A stretch of DNA of 59,295 bases, counting the filler. It is 6 parts of 6 records of this genome, joined end to end, with 100 filler letters (N's around TTAATTAATTAA, not from the genome) between each part and the next. Parts side by side here need not be neighbours in the genome. Positions count along the whole stretch, not along the records: positions 44,066 to 59,295 come from SRR2962707_5218; 5 more parts are not named here. One strand, written 5' to 3'. Shown here piece by piece: positions 54,301-59,295 of this stretch. The notes beneath the pieces were generated by a model. That model searched no databases, was not told the DNA's origin, and worked only from the letters and a program-made list of their open reading frames with translations. Each line of letters starts with the position of its first letter. The first letter of the stretch is position 1. A program made the translations under genes and the position numbers.

Positions 54301-57300
54301 AAATGAAGCGATGCAGACCGCGGCGCAACTCCAGGAATGCACGACAAATGGTGATTGTTCGCGCCCCATCGCTGGTACAGAAAGGATAGTCGTTTGAGCG
54401 CCCAACTTCATCTTCAAGCTCGACATAGCTTACGTCTTCGAGCGAAATTTGATACACGAGTGGGATTCCGTCCTTGTAACGGTGGCGGACCAACCCATTT
54501 GGAAAAAGGCCTCCTCGCAAGAACGCTCCCCGCAAACGCTGAATGACATCGTTCTCACGCTGCAGTCGTCGAGCATCTTGATACACGGGTGTCAAATCCA
54601 CAAGTGTAACACTGCTAAGAGACTGTTTCTCTTCCACAGCGCGAATGGCATCGGCAGCGAGCCGCACCCGAGCGCGCCAACCACTCGTCTCCGCGCAATC
54701 GGTGGCGTAGTCGCCAAGCAGCGTGAGGGACTCCTCTCGCATCTCAAGAAGCTTGCGACTAAACTCGACATCTTCTTTTAATACACCAACAATTGTCTCA
54801 GCAGCATCTGCAAACTCCTGTGAAGGTCGAACGCTTGGGTCAGCCCTTAGCTTGCGGCTTGCAGCATCCAAAGCTTCGCAGGTGCGACGAAAAGAGGCCC
54901 AGGCGGTGCGAGCCTCCTCTGCAGCTGGCTTTGACCCAGTCTCGACGGCGTCGGCGGCCGCATCAGGGTCCACTTCGTTCCCCAGCAATGCGACTGTTTG
55001 ACCTGCTACCAAGTTGTCACAGAGGGCTGAACCGAGCATCAGAAGAAGCTGTCCTTCTGCAGACAAGTAGGCACGCTGAGTGTATTTGTAAAGTTGGCCT
55101 ACCACCAACGACATTTCAGTTTCCTGCCCAGATGAATCGCCGCCAAATGCTGGAGGATTGACAGCATTACCACTGTCCAGATCGTCTCCTACCCCTTGCA
55201 TTGGTTCGCGAGGAAGAGGTCGTAACAGAGAGCGCAAGCCTAGGTTGTCCATGTCGAGCATCACTGGAGCAAGTGGTTCAGCACAGACCATCTCAAAGTG
55301 TCCTGGCATAATCTCGCGGACCTGAACTCCGCGGCGTTCCTGCAGTTGCACCCATGAAGCAAGCCGCAACATCATGACAAACGCGTCCCACGTAACGTGG
55401 ACGCCCTTAAGACCGACACGCATGTAGACCGTTGAGTAGATTGATCTCAGCACTGTTTTACCCAAATTGGTGGCTCGCAGAAGCACAGCAACATCCTTTC
55501 CGACGGCCAGCGAAAGCTGGTTTGCGTCCGGTGAAGTAAGTTGCATCCAGGTTGACTCGTAGCGAGCTTTCTCTGCAGGTGAGAGCTGAAACACTTCACG
55601 GTCTACAGTAATAGTGCTGAAACGTGGGCCAGACGATGGCTGCTCGTTCCCAGTATGCCCTCCTTCGTGGCCAAGGTTGGCAGGGGCCTTATTTTGCATC
55701 AAAGTTGCCATCGGACGGCGTTGGAGCAAAAACTTAGAAAACTGCTGAAAGCTTTCAAGTTCTGCTTCCAGTTTTCGGAGGGCCTGCTTGCATCGGACTT
55801 GTTGAGGAATGTCGACATGCTTAGAGATTCGAGCCATCCGATTTGAGATGGTGTCGAAAGAACCTAACAACAACTGGAGTGTGCGAACTGTCTCATGCAA
55901 GTGAATATTTTCAGCGCCAGCTGCAACTGCTGCTGGAGAGCTACCATCAATGATGGCCAAAATGCGATCAGCCTCCGCAATATATTCGTCCTGTTGTTGC
56001 GCAATCTGGACAAGTTCCCTGGACAAAAAGAACAGAAATCAATTGGCGCACTGACAAACAACTCCACCTTCCCAATCCATGCTGTCAGCCATGCTGCATG
56101 GTCGTTACAAGCACCGGAGCACATACCGAAAACTTTCAACTGCCTCAAGAAGTGCCACGTTTTCAGGAATGTGTCGGAGAGCAGGATCCTGCTCGGCAAG
56201 GTCGCGGCGTGCGCGATACTGTTTCATTAGGCGTGAAATTTGATCAAAGGCTTCACTTACATCTTCAAGCTTGTTGACACGTCGAATTTCGGCGTTTAAG
56301 CGCTCCTCCTCTTCCAGGTGCTCAATAATGGCACGTGCCTGGCGAATGCGCAAGAATGGAAATGCAATGTGTTCCACTTTCTGGCACACACTTTTCAACA
56401 TCGATAAATCCAAGCTCCTAATAGCTCGCTCGAGCTCTGGAAGATGTTGCGTATACCTTGTTTGTACCCAAACGATAGTCAGGCCCAGGAGAAAAAAAAA
56501 TCCAATGAGCTGGCACAGAAACGATAGATTGCAAACAATTTTGTTCGACAAAAGCGGCAAAAAAAATAAAAAAAAATAACACACTGGGCTGTAAGCTCGC
56601 GAGCGAGTCGGCCTCGATAAAAACGCTGCGTGTGAAGACTGCATCGAATCTTGCGCACAAACCGGCGAGCCCACAGTGCACGCATCTTTGTCTGGACCAG
56701 AAGAATGTACTTGACTGTTGCCTTGAAACGAGCTAGCCCGAGCGCTTGTGCTTGCTCAGACCTGTACAAGCACATCGTCTTGCCAAATCTGATTTCTTCC
56801 ACGCTTGCAATCAGGCGATGCTTAGTGCAGTCCTCAAGCATTTTACGACATCCATCCGCAAATTGGTCGGGTGTCCAGTCCAACCAAGGAGGCACGCGAT
56901 GCGCAGCCTCAATGGCCATGCAAGCAGGTGAGATGATTCGATACTTTTTGTAGAACGCCTGGTGCGTTTCACGAAAAGGAAAACCTTGCTTGCGGATTGC
57001 CACTGCCTCGAAGACACCCGCAAAACGGAGCTGCTGCAATGACTCCACGCCATTGAAGGCAATGGCACTTTTTTGCTGGTTTGGTTTTACACAACGAATG
57101 AAACGTGGCCAAGTCGAGTCGACTGACTTCTCCAATGCACGCAACTGCGAGAGGAACTTGCTTGTCTGTGTAGTACTGCGAGCACCTTTGTTGGACGAGA
57201 AGAGCTCTGCCACAAAAGGGTTCGTAGAGTTCTTCATGGCTCGTTGCTGGTTGGAGTGAAGCTTGTCGGCGTTCTTGCCAATCCATCCAGTGACATTGTA

Positions 57301-59211
57301 GCGGACAGGTCCAGCGTAGTGCTCGATGATGAAACACTTTTTCTTGAGCCTGTGACGCGTGAAGAACTGCACGAGTTCGCCATGCTTGGTGGTAGTCTTG
57401 GAGCCATGGCGGCTGTTCACAGAGGCCAGAAATTTTTCCTCATCGCCATTCATTTGAGTTTGTACGTCAAGCTGCTGGAAAACGCCGACCTTCGCAAAGC
57501 CCTTGACGGTTAGGCCCAACATGTCAAGCAACGGCTGTGAATCATAAAAAGTCACGGGATCGAACGTGATGCCCTCTTCGCGGTACCTGAATTCGACGCA
57601 CAGTACAGGCCAAGAACACACTTTACACTCCACACGGCGGGTGGAACATTACTTTGTTGAATCTATAAACGCGACGTACGTTTTCTCTTCAAGTAAGAAC
57701 GTGTGCTTGTTGAACATTTGCTGCAGCTTTTCGTTTGCAAAATTGATGCACAGCTGCTCAAATGAGTTGTGCTTGAAAATTTCAAAGCCAAAAATGTCAA
57801 CCATTCCAATTTGCTTTGGCGTGTACCCTTCAGCGTTGGAGATCATTGAGCTGTTCAAACGCTTCACGAGCCAATCAAAAAGTCTTCCGTAAAGGCCCTT
57901 GGCCAGCGAGTCACGTGCTTGCTCAGCAACACGGACTGTGAAACCGCGCACCATCTCCGTCCCAGCAACCTTGCTAACATTTTGTGTCAGGACAGCCTTG
58001 AGCGTCTCGACAGGCAAGCCACATAGCTGAGCAGCGTTGCTGACGAACTTGAACCCGTGCTTGCCTGACACTTTGGAGGTACCACCACCGTCGCCCTCCT
58101 CGAAGTCAATATTGCCAAGATTGAGCACGGCAGATACAACCCTAAAAATACTATCCCTTTCTTCGTCAGGAAACCCAATTTCGCGAAAAGCTTTGATAGC
58201 ATCGTCAAACTCCTCCACATCACTGTGCGTGTCACCGGTGAAACAGGACGACCGTGTCAGATAACGGTAGTCGCCGGCATCTTGGAGCAGCAGCAACTTC
58301 TTTTGTTGTGGAGGAAGCAGTGAGGTCAAGTAGTAAAAAATGTGGAAGTTTCGTTCTCCATCCTGTTGATCTGCAATGCGTGACTTTTCTAGCAGGTAAT
58401 TCTCGATCATGCAGCCGATGATCTCATAGCTTTGATTGAAGTACAGTTGCATGAACTTTCCGAATCGCGAAGAATTGTCATTGCGCATTGTCTTGGCGTT
58501 TCCGAAAGCCTCGAGAATCGGGTTCGTTCCCATAACTTTTTTCTCAACACCACATGGACTGCCAGCAACTTTGGAGATGTACGACAAACAAACACGCACA
58601 GTGAAAGTCTTGCCAGCACCAGATTCACCAGATATGAGGATACTCTGATCCTTCCCCACGTCCTGGATCGCCTTGTACGCATCGTCCACGATAATGTATG
58701 GGTGCGGCGGCAAGTTCATGCCTGCCACGCGACCTCGATATCTCTTGACCTGTGCATCAGAGAACGCATCTGTTCTGCGGAAGGGGTTCACAGAGATCAA
58801 AATGTCACCCACTGCAGTGTAGTATCGCTGTGCTTTGAAGCGCTGGTACAGGAGCCAGATAATGGATGACTCGTTCACAACATCAAGCTGCACCAAATCG
58901 GATATCAGCACTTTCGTTGACGCAATGCTATCAATTTTCGGCCCCACTTGGTCAGGTCGCTTGGAGACCGTGTGTCCTGTGGCATACAGCTTGAACTTTC
59001 CGTCGGACAGCTTGCGGGCTGGGACCCACGCCAGCTCCGGATCAGCCACCCAGTAGAAGTCATACGCCTCCTCCGCCAGCTCCTCTTCCGTGTACAGTTC
59101 CTTCGGCTTCACGTAGGAGGACTCGAGAGTTCGGGCGTTGTAGTACATGAGCCTGCCATCCGAAGACACTTGCTCCACCCAGTGCCCAGCACCTTCCACT
59201 TTGTCACCCAT
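48368..59211 (-). CDS. Giant multi-exon unconventional myosin: WW - motor - IQx2 - EH-like - WW-like - PH - SH3 - WW-like - SH3 - SH3 - coiled coil - PDZ - PDZ
   Basis: Motor motifs GESGAGKT, NDNSSRFGKF, DIFGFE, FEQLCINFANEKLQ, FIRCVKPN. Frame-preserving GT..AG introns at 57587-57679, 56457-56584, 56019-56126, 52594-52691, 49175-49303 (optional, in frame), 48876-48965 and about 48575-48644 join the ORFs into one protein. Confidence 0.85.
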
Positions 59212-59268
59212 AGTGGGCACGAGTGAGGCGCACGCACGCACGCGCCCCTGCTACTCTTCTACTGTGAA

Positions 59269-59295
59269 CAGCAGCAGCAGCAGCAGCAGCAACAA
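59269..59295 (+). repeat. (CAG)n microsatellite at window end, upstream of the myosin start
   Basis: cagcagcag...caacaa directly visible. Confidence 0.85.

Overview
This window is not one locus. It is six unrelated assembly contigs joined by artificial 100-nt linkers (44 N + TTAATTAATTAA + 44 N) at 10148-10247, 15859-15958, 21902-22001, 28536-28635 and 43966-44065. (1) 1-10147: intron-containing eukaryote (protist-like) with one very large gene, a two-repeat TPC-like cation channel preceded by two TM-extracellular-TM modules. (2) 10248-15858: AT-rich Flavobacteriaceae-like surface polysaccharide cluster (acyltransferase, sulfotransferase, deacetylase, WecB/TagA, WecA-like, O-antigen ligase/polymerase). 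(3) 15959-21901: marine gammaproteobacterium (Pseudoalteromonas-like) with trxB-acnB-aat-ate/bpt-infA. (4) 22002-28535: Rhizobiales-like alphaproteobacterium with ychF, DUF599, apt, petABC and an ABC transporter fragment. (5) 28636-43965: Cytophagales-like Bacteroidota with three tRNA loci, each flanked by degenerate tRNA remnants carrying small palindromic inserts; an exported OmpA/PD40 + unknown + TPR-CHAT protease operon; AI-2E; a degenerate GIY-YIG; and a receiver protein with twin PAS histidine kinases. (6) 44066-59295: intron-containing eukaryote with a SAM-domain protein and a giant (about 3,350 aa) WW-myosin carrying EH/PH/SH3/PDZ tail domains. The strongest novelty candidates are the receptor-like TPC fusion, the tRNA-remnant/palindrome arrays, the multidomain myosin and the periplasmic CHAT operon. 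Taxonomic labels and domain calls come from recognising motifs by eye, not from database searches.
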